From Adineta vaga (taxonomy: Eukaryota > Animalia > Rotifera): a stretch of 64,000 nt of DNA. Below, one piece after another: positions 42,498-55,800 of the stretch. Where the stretch lies: positions 2,356,001-2,420,000 of the forward strand of contig CP075497.1 in the NCBI GenBank assembly GCA_021613535.1, written 5' to 3'. Below the pieces are notes generated by a model. That model saw only the letters and a list, made by a program, of their open reading frames with translations, was not told where the DNA came from and searched no databases. Numbering within the stretch: position 1 is the stretch's first letter; every line of letters starts with the position of its first letter. Made by a program: the position numbers and the translations under genes.

Positions 42498-42991
42498 AAT
42501 GAGAATAATATTGACGATGACATCTGCTGTACCCAGTCGAATAAGATTATTCTGGAAAGAATTATGTTACATATACAAGAGAGAGAGAGAGAGAAAGAGA
42601 AATATACATGAGGATAATGATCTTTGTTTTGCTAGATGATCATGTACAAATTCCATTGTAAATAGTAAAAGAAATGTTGTTTTCCAACAATCATAGTTAT
42701 AACTTGCTTTTCTATATGTCAAATAAGTTTCATTGAAAATATCAATCATCATATCACTACCTTAATGCATATATTGTCTTTAAAAATTCTATCATCTCAA
42801 CGTGGATCGTATGTCTGAACAGTTATTTAAAAACAGACTCGTTCCGTAATATCTCTTTAGTTGAAAGTGAAGAGATTTGAATATAACATGTCACAATAAA
42901 ATTACTTTACTTCAATTATTAAAAAAGAATAGTCAACTATATTCGGAAAATGATTTGTCCATAAATGCATTTAAACATGTCTTCTTATCAT

Positions 42992-43869
42992 TTACATAGG
43001 AAAGAAAGAAAAAACATACAATGAGAGAAAAATTCGTAAAGAACAACACGTAATTTTATTACTATCATTTGATATTGTGCTATTATCTCCATTCGCTGGT
43101 GTACTTAATTCATTAGATGATCGTTCAACAATAGCAATATCTGCACAATTATAAAATTCTTCTTGTTGATCAGCGCAACCTAAACATTTTCGTCCTTTTT
43201 GATCTTTTCCCCATGTATTTCCTGCATGATATTTCCATTGCAGTACACAATGTTTACATGAAACGATTTCTAGAGGTAATTGAACAGGAACATAAAAATA
43301 TGATTTATTTCCATGTGGTAAATAATATCGTGTATCATCTCCATTCGATTTTGAATCACTTGGACCAATATTTAATATATGTTGATCTAAACATCGTTGA
43401 GTTAAACGACGTGGTCGGCGTGATTCTCCTATATCAACTGGACATAATCGAAATTCGAAATAACCGAAATGATTTGCAGTTATATCAATTGTTGTATTTA
43501 GCATTTCACCTGATTCATATGTACGACCAATGATACCTGTTGAATAAATTCCGCCATCTTCATGATCACGTGGACCTTGAAATGGATCTCCACAAATACC
43601 ACAACGACCATTTTGAGCACCCCATTGATTTTCTTTTCCACCACAATAATTACTCATATCATTATAATTCGTTGGTACATCAAATCCAAAACGCCACATT
43701 GAACCTAATGAAAACATACTCAGATCAATTATTTGAACATTTCTTTCTTACCTCTTTGTGGTGGTTCGAGTAATCTTCCATGTGAATGACTTGATTTTAT
43801 CAATGAAATAAAAATTAACCAATTGAAAAGTATTGATTGGCTACAAGCCAGTGTACATTTCATGATCAT
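42992..43869 (-). CDS. Lytic polysaccharide monooxygenase, family AA15 (chitin-binding type-4 domain), probably GPI/membrane anchored; 2 exons
   Basis: Signal peptide then mature N-terminal His: HGRLLEPPQR|GSMWRFGF...YCGG...CGICGDP; second His in ITANHFGYFEFRLC; LQWKY.AGNTWG; EEFYNCADI; hydrophobic C-terminus. Confidence 0.9.
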
Positions 43870-44711
43870 GGCATTCAACTATTCATTCAGTATGTTCAAT
43901 ACATTCAATCTCGTTATAATTGTCTGGTCATACAAAACGAAAGAAAATGAAAGATCGAAGTTAAGCTTTATATAAACAATTCATTAAGACACATACAAGT
44001 GTTACCCATCGATACGAAGAAACAAAAGATGATGAGCAGAGAAAAAAAGAGAAGAAAAGAAACAATTGTACACGAAACCTTTCATTTTATCATTTAACTC
44101 GGAGGTTACAATGATAAAAACACATTCTTACTAAACAACTATTATAAGTCAATCAGTATGACAAGAATTACAAACAAAAAATATCATATGATGAGATCAA
44201 GATCAATACAATTCATGTTTTCAGATCTTTTGAAATTGTTTGTTAGTAATAAAAGACTTGATTTATATACTAATACACAGATTTACATATTGTTTAAATA
44301 AATATGTGTTGATACTCTTTCTTATATGACAATATATCAGATAGATCTCTATGCAATGAATATTTAGTGTTCAAGACCTTTTTTTCTCGCTCGAGATGAA
44401 TTTAATCCAAATAGATATAACAACTAGCGATTATACTTCGTTAGAATGATTTCATTCCATGAATGAAGGAACAAATTTTAAAAATGTCTTACAAAATACT
44501 ATGGAAAGTGATTATCCAATAGAATCGAATGATACTAGAGACCTCACTGTTTGGATTTGTTGCTTACTCTACCAATATGAAAAATGTAATCAATGGATGG
44601 AAAAAAACTCGTTCGTTTCGTTCCTTGTAAATTCTATTTTACAGCTAACTGACTGGACGTTAAATATTATTTTTCTATTTTAGATATCTTTCCTATTAAT
44701 CTTCTAAAATC

Positions 44712-46218
44712 ATGCAGTTAACTTCCCGATTTTTCAAAAATCGTCTCCCTGAAACAGATGATTTAGTTATGGTCAATGTCGTTAATATCGAAGAAATGGG
44801 TGTGTACGTTCATCTCCTTGAATATAATAATATCGAAGGTAAAATTCATGTAGTTTTGTATCATAAATTGATTTTTATTCATTTGCCCAGGTATGATTCT
44901 CTTAACTGAGTTATCTCGACGTCGTATCCGTTCAATCAATAAACTTATTCGTGTTGGTCGAAATGAAGTTGTCGTTGTTGTTCGTGTCGATCGTGATAAA
45001 GGTAAAGTTTTATTTCTATCCAAATGTTATCCTATTGTGCTTTTGTTTAGGCTATATCGATTTATCTAAACGCCGTGTTTCACCTGAAGATATTAGCAAA
45101 TGTGAAGAAAAATTTGTTCGTGGAAAAACTGTATGATTTCATCGCTTTTACAATTCAATATATATATATATTAGTTGGATGTTTTTAGGTCAGCAGTATT
45201 CTTCGTCATACGGCTGAAGTCTTAGGATTGAAAACAAATGAAGAATTTGAAGAATTATACGATAAAACAGCATGGTATTATGATGAAAAATACAAACGAG
45301 CAGGTGCTGCTTATGATGTTTTTGCTCGAGCTGTCAAGTAAGAAATTAACAATAGATTTATGCTTGAGAAGAAATGTTTCCTCCTAGTGATGAACATGAA
45401 CTTGACGATTGTAAAGTTGATGATGCTACAAAGAAGATTCTCTTGAATAACATTCGTCGACGTTTAACTCCTCAAGCTGTCAAATGTCGAGCAGGTTGAG
45501 ACAAATCCGAATGTTTTGATATCATGCTTTCGTTTGATTGATATTTAGATGTGGAAGTTGCATGTTATGGTTATGAAGGTGTCGATGCAGTGAAAGCAGC
45601 ACTCAGAGAAGGTCTCAATGCATCTACAGAAGAAATGCCTGTGAAAGTAAGATTTGTTTTTTCGATTTCAAAAAACTGAAAGATATGCTGATTTGAATGT
45701 GGATTTAGATTAATTTAATTGCTCCACCTCTTTATGTTGTCACCGCAACATGTCTAGATCGAAATGAAGGACTTGATGCATTGAAAAATGTAATCGAAAA
45801 GATCAAACAAGGAATTGAAAAGTATCGAGGTATATTCAAAATAAAAATGGAACCAAAAGTCGTTACTGATGTTGATGATATAACATTGAAAGTAAAATTC
45901 GCAATAGAAATATTTCTTTCTCTTGTATACAGAAAGTTTTTCACAGGAAGCAATGCAACAAGCTGAAGATGAAAATCGTGAACGATCTGGTGATGACGAT
46001 GAAGATTCAGATGAAGACGAAGGTATGTGAGATTCTAATAATTGGACAAAGCAATCGTTTTTCATCTTTTAGAAGGAGGAATCAAAGGAAAATTACCAGG
46101 TGAAGATGAAGATGAAGCAACTGGAGCATCGACAGAATCAAAACGCACACCACAAAATAATGCTAAGGGTGATAATGAAGAGGATGACGATGACGACGAA
46201 GCCGAAAATGAAGATTAA
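44712..46218 (+). CDS. EIF2S1: Eukaryotic translation initiation factor 2 alpha
   Basis: [83 protein letters not shown]; acidic tail. Confidence 0.97.
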
Positions 46219-46299
46219 TCGTATTTTATGAAAAAAAACAAAGCAAGAAAAATCATTAAATACGATTTTTTTAAATGTCATTCTTTCTTTTGAATTGTT

Positions 46300-46683
46300 T
46301 CAAAAAAAAACATTCGATGATACAATTGAAGGTTTATGAACAAGAACTAATGCATCAATATAAGCACATTTTTCTTCATGATCAATGATTGATCGATGTA
46401 AAAAAGATTCTAGTCGATAGAAAAAGTGTTGTCTTATGGAATTTGTTATTTGATTTGTTTTTTCATTGTTGATTAATTCTTTCCATGATGATTTGTCTTT
46501 ATCGGATGAGATCAGTGTTAAAAGACTAACTTCGATAAGTCGTGCAAGATTTTGAACAGATTGATCCAATGTTGATAAACGTTCTTCAGCAAGACAAGCA
46601 CGCTGTTCGATAAGATCACATTGATTGGTACCACGGCGGAGACGTTCCGACAAACGATCGATTCTAATAGAAAATTCGGTCAT
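46300..46683 (-). CDS. 127-aa coiled-coil protein, possibly resembling a WAVE/NHS homology domain
   Basis: Intact single-exon ORF with a splice acceptor just upstream; pattern R...AEERL..L...V..L...EV...W...Q...F...L...I..H..C loosely recalls the WHD. Confidence 0.5.
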   Translation of the reverse strand: MTEFSIRIDRLSERLRRGTNQCDLIEQRACLAEERLSTLDQSVQNLARLIEVSLLTLISSDKDKSSWKELINNEKTNQITNSIRQHFFYRLESFLHRSIIDHEEKCAYIDALVLVHKPSIVSSNVFF

Positions 46684-47290
46684 TGAAGAATGAGATGCAC
46701 TCTATCTGATCTGAGAAGAATACAATCAGTAGCTAGATTGTAATATTCTTGAGCGATGAGAAAAAAAAGCGATAGAACAAGAAAGAGGGAGAAAAAAAAT
46801 CGATGGACAGCTTGCTATTAATTGTCTATTCGATAGAGTTTTTCTTCTCTTTCTGAAAGTAACATCACCATCAGTCAAAATGACATGCAGATTGTATTTG
46901 TAGTCGTGCACACAGGCGAGGAAAATCTGATTAGATCAATAAATAGATGCACCAAGAGACAGTCATCGAGCAAAGTCAAAGACATTTTTTTTTCTTTCGT
47001 TCGTTTATTCGTTCGTCTTATGTATATATCAGAAGTGTAAGTGTAAAATTCTCTGATTTTATTGTATAAATTCACATTCAGTGAACAAATGTAAATTCTT
47101 CTTACATAAGAAGATATTCAATGTCCTTGTTCATCCAATAAGAATCATGAGAGATCAAGAGAAATATTTTCTCTTGCATTTCAACAGAAGATTATTGTTC
47201 ATATCATTTTCTATGGATTTAAATATCATCGAATAGATTGTAATACAAAACTTCATTTCTGTAGAAGAAGACATTTTTTTAGAGAAATAT

Positions 47291-48932
47291 TTAGTTTTTC
47301 TTTTTAGATTTTTTTGAAAAACGAATATTTCTTTCCGACATGCCTTTGACATTGATCAGTGGTTTAAGTCGATGAACGATTTTCACTAATGATTCTTGAT
47401 TCATCATGACTGTTGTTAAATCCTAAGAGAGAGCAAAAAAAAAGAAGTACAAATCATCAACAGAACACATTCTTATTTACTTTATATGCTTGTGGTGCTT
47501 CATCTCTCAATCCTGAATTTGTATCACTAACAATACCCTTCATTGCTTGTTCAAATGATTGCTGAGAAATTTGTTTCATTGCCTTGAGAAGTAAAAGTAA
47601 AGCATCAAATGAAACAGATTATTATTATTTCCTTTAAATAAAACGAACCATAGTTCGAGACATTAATCTACCAGCACCATGTGAACATGAATAAAAAGAT
47701 AGAGGATTTCCTAATCCTTCGACAATAAATGATCCTGTACCCATCGAACCAGGAATAATCCCAAATTGTCCTTTGCGTGCACTTGTCGCACCTTTCCTTG
47801 TTACCCAAACTAGTTCTTCTTCTGATTTTTCAAAACAAATCTTTTCCTGCTGACAATAATTATGATGAATATTAACCATTCGTTTCAAATCAGCTTCATG
47901 ATTAGTGACTGATTTAATAATTAAACAAAGTTCATCTAACATAATTCGACGATTTTGTTCAGCATAATTCAAACACCACCGCATATCAATTAAATAATCT
48001 CGACCTTCAGACGAATCAATTTCAAGATATTTCAACTCATTAATAATTGGAAGACGACGTTGAGACATTTGTTGACCAGCAATACTATGATAATAATCAC
48101 ATGTTTCTTTACCAATTCGTCGTGAACCACTAAAACAAACTTTCTCGTATCTACATTAAATTTTTCACAAAAATTCTTCATACCTATGTAACATAATCCA
48201 AATTTGTTCATTTTCATCGTATAGTATTTCAAGAAAATGATTTCCTGAACCTAATGTTCCTAACTAAATCGAAAAACATCAAACAACTACTACAAACATT
48301 CATCTTCCTACTTGTTTTTTCGTAATATCACATATTTGATTCTTTAAATAATTTGTACATGTTCCTAAATTTCGAATAATTTCATTTGCTTTTGCATGTG
48401 CTTTTACTCTTGCATCATGTCCTGTTGGTATTGCATTTTTAATCTTCTGTTGAATTTCTCTTTTCCATGTTTCTTTTAGTTTAGTTGTTGTTAAACCAAC
48501 GATAGGTACAGCAATCATTCCACAACCAATATCAGCACCAACAGCATATGGACTGACATGAGTTAAAGACGCAAAAACAGTTCCAATCGTTGCACCTACA
48601 CCTAATAAATGGATTCCAAGGCATAGAAATGAATTGACGATATCATAAATCTTACCTACATGAACATCAGCCATAGCAGCAACGAAACCTTTCACAATTC
48701 CACTTTCAGCTAAAACAACTAATTGTTGCAATGCTTTTGATTCAAGTTGACGTGTATAAAGATGAATTGGTACACCTGATGTCGGAATAATAAGAGGTAG
48801 TAGTGTTGATGAATCAGCGATGGAACATTGTGCACTTTTCCCCTCGACATCTACTTCATGAACTAAAGTTGAGAAATAACGAGATCGAATCAAACGAGAG
48901 CATGATCGTTTGATCAAAGTATTCAATATCAT
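47291..48932 (-). CDS. rtcB: Bacterial-type RtcB RNA ligase (3'-phosphate/5'-OH) with N-terminal extension; 6 exons
   Basis: MADVHVGVGATIG, AVGADIGCGM, QLGTLGSGNHFLE, MLHSGSRRIG, NIHHNY, VTRKGATSA, IIPGSMG, SCSHGAGRLMSR, DEAPQAYKD, LKPLINVKG. Introns 48602-48655, 48264-48311, 48130-48183, 47583-47648 and 47423-47480. Confidence 0.95.
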
Positions 48933-49063
48933 ATTCTAGCGTGTAATTCTATAAGTAAAAGTTTATTAAGAATTTTAGTGCAGAATCAAAACAACATACA
49001 TTGAATTTATTATTAATTTACATAGGAAAAAAATGATTCGAGATTAAAACACTGTTCAGTTTC

Positions 49064-49546
49064 TTATTTATCATTTGAATTTTGTTCATTTATAGCATCA
49101 ATTTTTTCTTCTTCAACTTCTCCAGCATCATCACGTGCTCTTGCTGTTGGAGCATCTTCACCATCTTGATTCGATATCAGATCTTCATTTGACGCTGTTG
49201 CTTTTTCAATAACTTGTTCATCGGTTTTCTCTACTTGTTTACATTCTTCAACTTGCATATCCAATTGTTCAATAAATGATTTATAGAATGAACATTCCCA
49301 ATTTTCTTTTCGTAAAACAAAAGTACATTTAATATTAAGTCCATTGACAACTTGAGTTTTACAAACGTGATCCGATACTAAAGTTTGAACATCATCACCA
49401 ACTTTTACACCATGTATTTTTGTAAGAGCCTTCTGTAGACATTCTTGTTTAAGTGATTCATCAGTAGATGTAGTCCATCCACCAAGTAATTGTTCAGCAA
49501 AACAAGAATTCACCGAGAGAATAAGAACAAGAATAATCGGTTTCAT
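49064..49546 (-). CDS. Secreted cystatin-like protein with acidic C-terminal tail
   Basis: Signal peptide, LLGGW, cystatin motif QVVNG (QxVxG); Glu/Asp-rich tail. Confidence 0.75.
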   Translation of the reverse strand: MKPIILVLILSVNSCFAEQLLGGWTTSTDESLKQECLQKALTKIHGVKVGDDVQTLVSDHVCKTQVVNGLNIKCTFVLRKENWECSFYKSFIEQLDMQVEECKQVEKTDEQVIEKATASNEDLISNQDGEDAPTARARDDAGEVEEEKIDAINEQNSNDK

Positions 49547-50103
49547 TATTTGTTTAATCTAGAAGAACAACATAGTCAAATGTCGAATATATTTATATCA
49601 CAAGTTCAAATATGTAACCGATCATCTTATAAATAATAAGCTGCTCAGATAGATCCCATAGCAACATCAACACACAGATTATTTGAACTATTAAATGAAA
49701 ACTTACTGTACAATCAGATTTTTCTTACATTTTCAAGGTTAAACTAACGAAATTCATTCCATCCTTTCAATACAACGCAATTTGATCGATCGATATTTCT
49801 CACCTGATAAGAGTACAAATTTCGCAAGTATGAAAGTAAAATAATTAATCATACACTATTTTTCTCATTGGTTCGTTGTATAATCGAATCGCGCAATCGT
49901 ATGTATAGATATCGTTCGTTCGTTCTTTTCCTAATTAAAATCTTATCTTTTATTATTGATATACTATATTTTATTAATGGTACACGTATAAATTTACATG
50001 CATTTAAGAGAAAAAAAAATGTCACTTATAGGACAAGAAAAAGAATATTTCATGATTATAAGAAAGACAAAAAAGAGAAATTCATATTGAATTAAGAATG
50101 AAA

Positions 50104-51122
50104 TTATTTCGAAGATGAAATATGATCCATTAATTTTCCCATCGCACTTTGACCAAATGCTGGTATACTAATTGCTACTAAGATATAAACAAGTTGTTCA
50201 ATAAACTCATACCAAATACTACAATCATTCCACATTTGTAACATATTCGATATGATTTCTTTCGCATCATTATATTCTATGTTACCTTGAAGAACATCTA
50301 TGAACGAAAAATAAGAAATAAAAAAGGTTTTCATGAAGAAATATTTTACTAGTAATAAGACCAATAGCGAGATCTGGTACAGCTGCTTTAGAAATAGCTT
50401 TAGTAGGTTGGGTTTTAATTGAAACTAGTAGTGGAAAGAATTGAATTGATAATTTTTGAATTTGATCAATTAAAACCTAATAAATAATCGAATGAAATGC
50501 ATAAGTTCATATGAATATGTTTACTTGATTTTTTGTATGACAATTCGTAAATCGAGTTTGTATCGTTGTAAACATTCCAAAAATTCTTCCCCTATTCAGT
50601 TCAAAAGACAAATTGAATTCTACGAATGAATTATTTGATTTACATAAAATCCGTTTGTTGAGTTGGTTGTAATGCTTTTGTCATTGCTGCATGTGTTTGT
50701 TCTAATTGAGAGTCAGTTACTCTAGAAACAAAATCAAAGATCTTACTTGAATTCAAATGAAACATTATGAATTTACTGAGTCGTTTTTTCATTGATTTGA
50801 TTTTCTAATAAAACAATTTCTTCAATTTGTAAAATTAAAGCCATTTCACCATCATCATCAATTTGATTTATCTTTTTTCAAACAAATATTATAATTTCAG
50901 TTATTATCATAAAACAAATATATCTGTATAAATACTTGAGGTTTTGAAATGTCTTGTACATGATCAAATTTGAACTTTTTTACTGAAACAGGTGATGGTG
51001 ATCTCGATCGTAAACTATTGAATGAAAACTTAATTTGCCAATACAATCAAATAAACTAACTTATATTCTTCTTGTAAAAATCGAGCAATTTCTTCATCAT
51101 TTTCAGTTTCAACAGACAGCAT
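50104..51122 (-). CDS. Uncharacterised multi-exon protein with ubiquitin-binding (MIU/UIM-like) helices
   Basis: MLSVETENDEEIARFLQEEY and DDDGEMALILQIEE; several GT-AG introns; last exon ends ...MGKLMDHISSSK*. Confidence 0.65.
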
Positions 51123-51408
51123 GTTTTTGTTTGACAAAATACTCGACGAGCAAAACCCCTTGTTGAATAAAACCAACAAAAGATTGTCGATTACTCATTT
51201 TTCACTATTTCATTTCAAAAACATTAAATTTAAGCGACCTCTGATGAAGTAAATCAGTCAATGTATGTCATCTGTCGATAGTCGATTAAATAAATTTCAT
51301 GCATATCTTTCTTTTCTTCATAAAAAAAAGCACGGCACAGATATAAATACAAACGAATATTTAATCACAGGGTTAAAAGACAAAAAAAGAAACAAAAACA
51401 AAATGATT

Positions 51409-52828
51409 TCAAATTGGTGATGATTCTTCAATAAATTTCAAATGATTATTTGAATCATCACTATTATTATCCATTCGTGTCATTAACATCGGTTGAAGTT
51501 CAAAAAAACGATTATCATTTCGTTGATAATATGTTCGATGATAACATGAACAATGATGTTGACATGTTGGATTAGAAGATAATGGTAAATAACATGCTCG
51601 TTGAAGATTTGTTCGAATACAGGATGATGATGATGTCGATGAAGAAGATGATGTCGGATGATAATTTGCACATTGACGACAATATACAAGGCAATAATAA
51701 TGTAACGAATTCGACGATGAATCATCACATTTAATTTGTTCATATTCATGTTGATTATCACGAGTTAAAAGAGGTTCATTAACACCAGGAACACCATTCG
51801 AACATGGATATTCATTTGGAGGTGTACTCGATGTTTGATCACTACTACAACTATCACTTAACAATGGAATACATGTCTGAAAAGAAACGAAATTTATTGT
51901 TGATAATTTTTCAATAATCTCGCCATTGGCAATATTGATTTAAAAGTTAGTCAGCTGTTCAAATTGTTTGAACGTCTGTCTGTCTATCCGATTACTCGTG
52001 CCTGATAGATTTACAAAGGTTCACACCCCTTTTTTTGAAAAATGATAAGAAAGCACTACATATGCTTTCTTTTGTCTGTTGATCAATTCTATATGGTACA
52101 AAGAAGACTTACTGTCCAATTTTGATGATGATGATTATTATATCTGACAGATGAAGAACTGATCATTCTTGTATTTTGATATTTGGTTTTATGTTTTTCT
52201 CGTCGTTTTCTAAAACGAAGAAAAAAAGTTCAATATATATATATATATATATATAAAAGCACAAATGGCATTCTGATCATTTAATGATAACAAGGACATT
52301 ATCATGTGTATATATCTTATATGTTTATTCAGCACGTACGTTCATACACGCGTGTAAAACAAATTGGATCAATATTTTGCCATCATCTATTCTCTTCGAA
52401 TAAACAATGTGTACGTGCTTTGCAGAAAAATAAATCATGACTTTCAATATCCTGCTGAGAATAAATATGTGTACATATATGTAGTTATTTCTCGATAGAT
52501 GATGAATGTCATTTGTTCATTATGAAAATCAAATCACATTGTGTGACACCTGAGAGACTAGAATGAAGAAATCATTGACTTACTTGATCAAGACAATAGT
52601 ACTTAGTGTGATAAGAAAAGTGATTAAAATTCCCAATACGATCGCTAAAGATAATGATGATGATGATGATGATGAGGTGCCTTTTTTATTTTCAATTGAT
52701 GGAAGTGATAATAAACGTGATGAACACCGAGCTTCAATTGATAATATATTTGGTGGTGGACCGATAGCAAATATTGGAGGTGGAGGAGGCAATTGAGAAC
52801 AACGTTGACACGCGTAGCCACTGGCCAT
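51409..52828 (-). CDS. Single-pass membrane protein with N-terminal Cys/polyproline motif and Cys/His/Tyr-rich cytoplasmic tail; about 3 exons
   Basis: MASGYACQRCSQLPPPPP...LAIVLGILITFLITLSTIVLIK|KRREKHK (stop-transfer, exon about 52210-52092)|TCIPLLSDSC... to stop at 51409. Confidence 0.7.
52233..52255. repeat. (TA)n microsatellite (another at about 53227-53247)
   Basis: Direct dinucleotide run. Confidence 0.9.
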
Positions 52829-55800
52829 CTGTAGAGGGTCACTTGCATCGATCTACTAAGAATGAGACATTGAGAAGAATGATGATGAAGTATTAGCGAT
52901 GATGATAAAGCAGCAAGCAGAAATAGAAGAGAAATTGCTTGTTCTCTTTCTTTCTTTCTTTTTTTCTTATTCAGACGCAACTGTTAGCTATTGAAAGTTC
53001 ATTTTCTTCAAGAATAGACACAACATTCTCTCTCTCTCTCTATGTACTTCATTCTTTCTTTTAAAGTCTACAATAACACCAAAATGTATATCATTTTGAT
53101 CGAGTTTAATTACAGGTTTGTATCAAGCAAACATACGCCTTGATTATTGTATATATTAGTATACTATACATGTACATATGTCATGTAATCTTTCATACTT
53201 GTATATAACTTATGTCATCGATTTCTATATATATATATATATATATACATGTTTCTACATAGGTAGTTCGAGAATATTGAAAGAAATTATAGGGTACAGA
53301 TGAAATGCGTCAGTCTGATTGATGAGTAGATTTTTTTCTCCTTTTTGAATAACAATAACAACTAGAGTAACTATCACGGTAAAGATCAAACGAATAAAAC
53401 TCACCGATAACGATGAATGGCATCAGATCGCGAGACAACAATTAATTCAAGAATTTCGAAAATTTGTCTTACATCAGTTAATAAAATATGCAAAAAAGAA
53501 GACTCATTGGATGTTTCGATTATCTCGTACGAGAGTCTATTTGATGAACAAGAAGAAAAGGAGAATGTTGAGACATGCATAATCCTATCAATAGGACAAG
53601 AAGAATGACCTGTTTTATTGACTAGTAGACCATTCAGTGTGAAGATTGACATGTCGGTTATATATTTTCTGATGTTCTAATCATTTCAAATGAACTAATC
53701 GGATTAGGAATGATGGAATATAAACTAGAAAGTCAAATTTGAATAGTCCTTCATTCGTGTTAGTTTAGAAATGTATCATTGATCTTGAACGGAAACAGAC
53801 TTTAACCTATAAGTTGCCATATACAATCATTGTACATTCTAATTGTCGCATGTCCGGATATCTGTCTAGATTCTTTTTGATGATGATGTCGGGCATATTC
53901 TACTGGTGTATACTGACAGATTCAAGATGACTTGATATCATGTTCTTGAATATTTACCAAAGCAAACAAACAAGAAAAATGCCATGATGATCACAAGCAT
54001 TGATGAAGCAGACAGGGACGATTAAAACAGACAATGCTAATTGAACATTTATCATGATTGACGAGAAATGAAGAAAAACATGGAGAAGAAGAAGCCTTGA
54101 CGAGAAATATGGGGATAGGTACCTTGTTGAGAAAGATGCTCGTAATGGGGATACATATAGATGAGACTAAGAAGTGCAGACACAAGTGTTTGCCCCCCGG
54201 CGAGTGGAATGAACAGAGAATATGATTAAGCATTTTTCGTTGTATGACAACAGTCTTTCTAATCAACGAGACAACTAATTCAATCGAATAGATGCCTAAG
54301 CAATTGAGTTCATGAAATGGCAGCAGGTGTCATTTTATTTTCTTGCTCGAAAAATGACGTCAAATTAAAAAACATACCCATCATTGAATATTATTCATGC
54401 AGTTGAATCAACCAAATCGAAGAATAAATTAACTGCTTTCAATTTTTCATACACATATACAAATGAATGTTGATGAAATGTTCACACCCTGGAAATGCTT
54501 ATTCGAATGATAAACGATGTTTGCTTGTTATAAACGAACTGAAGAGGAAGAGAAAAAAATCGAACATAATGGATCGTATCTCTTATCAGAAAGAGAGAAA
54601 GAGAAGAGAAAATAGTCTGAACTCTCTTCTTCTTCTTCTTCTTTTATTACTATGTATCTATCAATGATCGAAGGCATATGTATAGTAGAAATTCGTTTAT
54701 GACTCGAACTCATATATCTAATATGTATGAGTGCCTTTTGAACTTTTATATTTCTAAATGTGCTGCAGGAATATATATATATATACAGAAGCTGAACAAA
54801 TGTCACGATATTTTTATTTCTCATTGAATCAAACATACAACTGATAGGTGAAATGAGAGTTACTTTTTTTTAATGTTAATGAGGAATTAAATATTGGACA
54901 AAACTTTTGTAATCATATATAAAGAAATGAATGCTATTAGTACCAGTTCTAGTGTTAAATCTAACAAATTATTATTGTTCTATGTATCTTGACTCAATGA
55001 AACCAATGAAGATAATTGTATTGATTGTGGTTGGACAGATCATGCAAATACTTAATTGAACAATGTTGTCATCTTTTTTTTTCTTTCTGTTGATTGAACT
55101 TCAATTTACAGATGCCTCGTGTCTAATTCAAGTACCGTCTTGAAATGAAAGCCTGCAAGGATGAAACTTTTATTTTAATCTCTCTCTCTCTCTCTTTTGT
55201 TCATGTTAGTTTTTCTTTCGCACCACAATGTCGCGCTTCTGTTTCGCATAACATCATAAAGTATTATGTATCAATCGTAAGATTAGGTGATGCATGATAA
55301 TCGGTTTGTTGACATTCGTAATTAACATCCGTTCTATGTGATGTACAAAAAACGTTTGGATAAAAAATTCATCACCAATATAGAGATATCGATGTATATA
55401 GAATGATAATATACAATTCATATATAATGAGATTGTACTTACCAAATCAATGCTATTGAACATTCAGTATGTACAATATGTTGCGGAGAAAATGTCTGTC
55501 ACTACCCAACATTCAAGTGGGTTATATGAATGTTATATTAATTTATAAGATTCTTTTTCTGTTAAGTGTTCAATTTTACATATCAAATAATGTATTTAAA
55601 TCAACAAATATTTTGAGGGCGTGGATGAAGAAGAAGAAGAAGAAGAATCCCCAATCTCATCCTCTCATTCATCGACATCATTAACTCTTTCATCCACACC
55701 CACAGTAAAGCTATTAATACATATACATACATATGTGAAAGGTAAAATGAGTATGAATGATACCGTCGTCATCACCGGAATACTTTTATTTTTAGGTTTT

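Noticed and set aside
44712-48932. eIF2-alpha plus RtcB as a functional stress/UPR cluster
   Set aside because: Opposite strands with an intervening gene; adjacency in a gene-dense animal genome is not evidence of a shared pathway.
47291-48932. RtcB as bacterial contamination
   Set aside because: It has five canonical spliceosomal introns, host-like AT content and animal genes on both sides.
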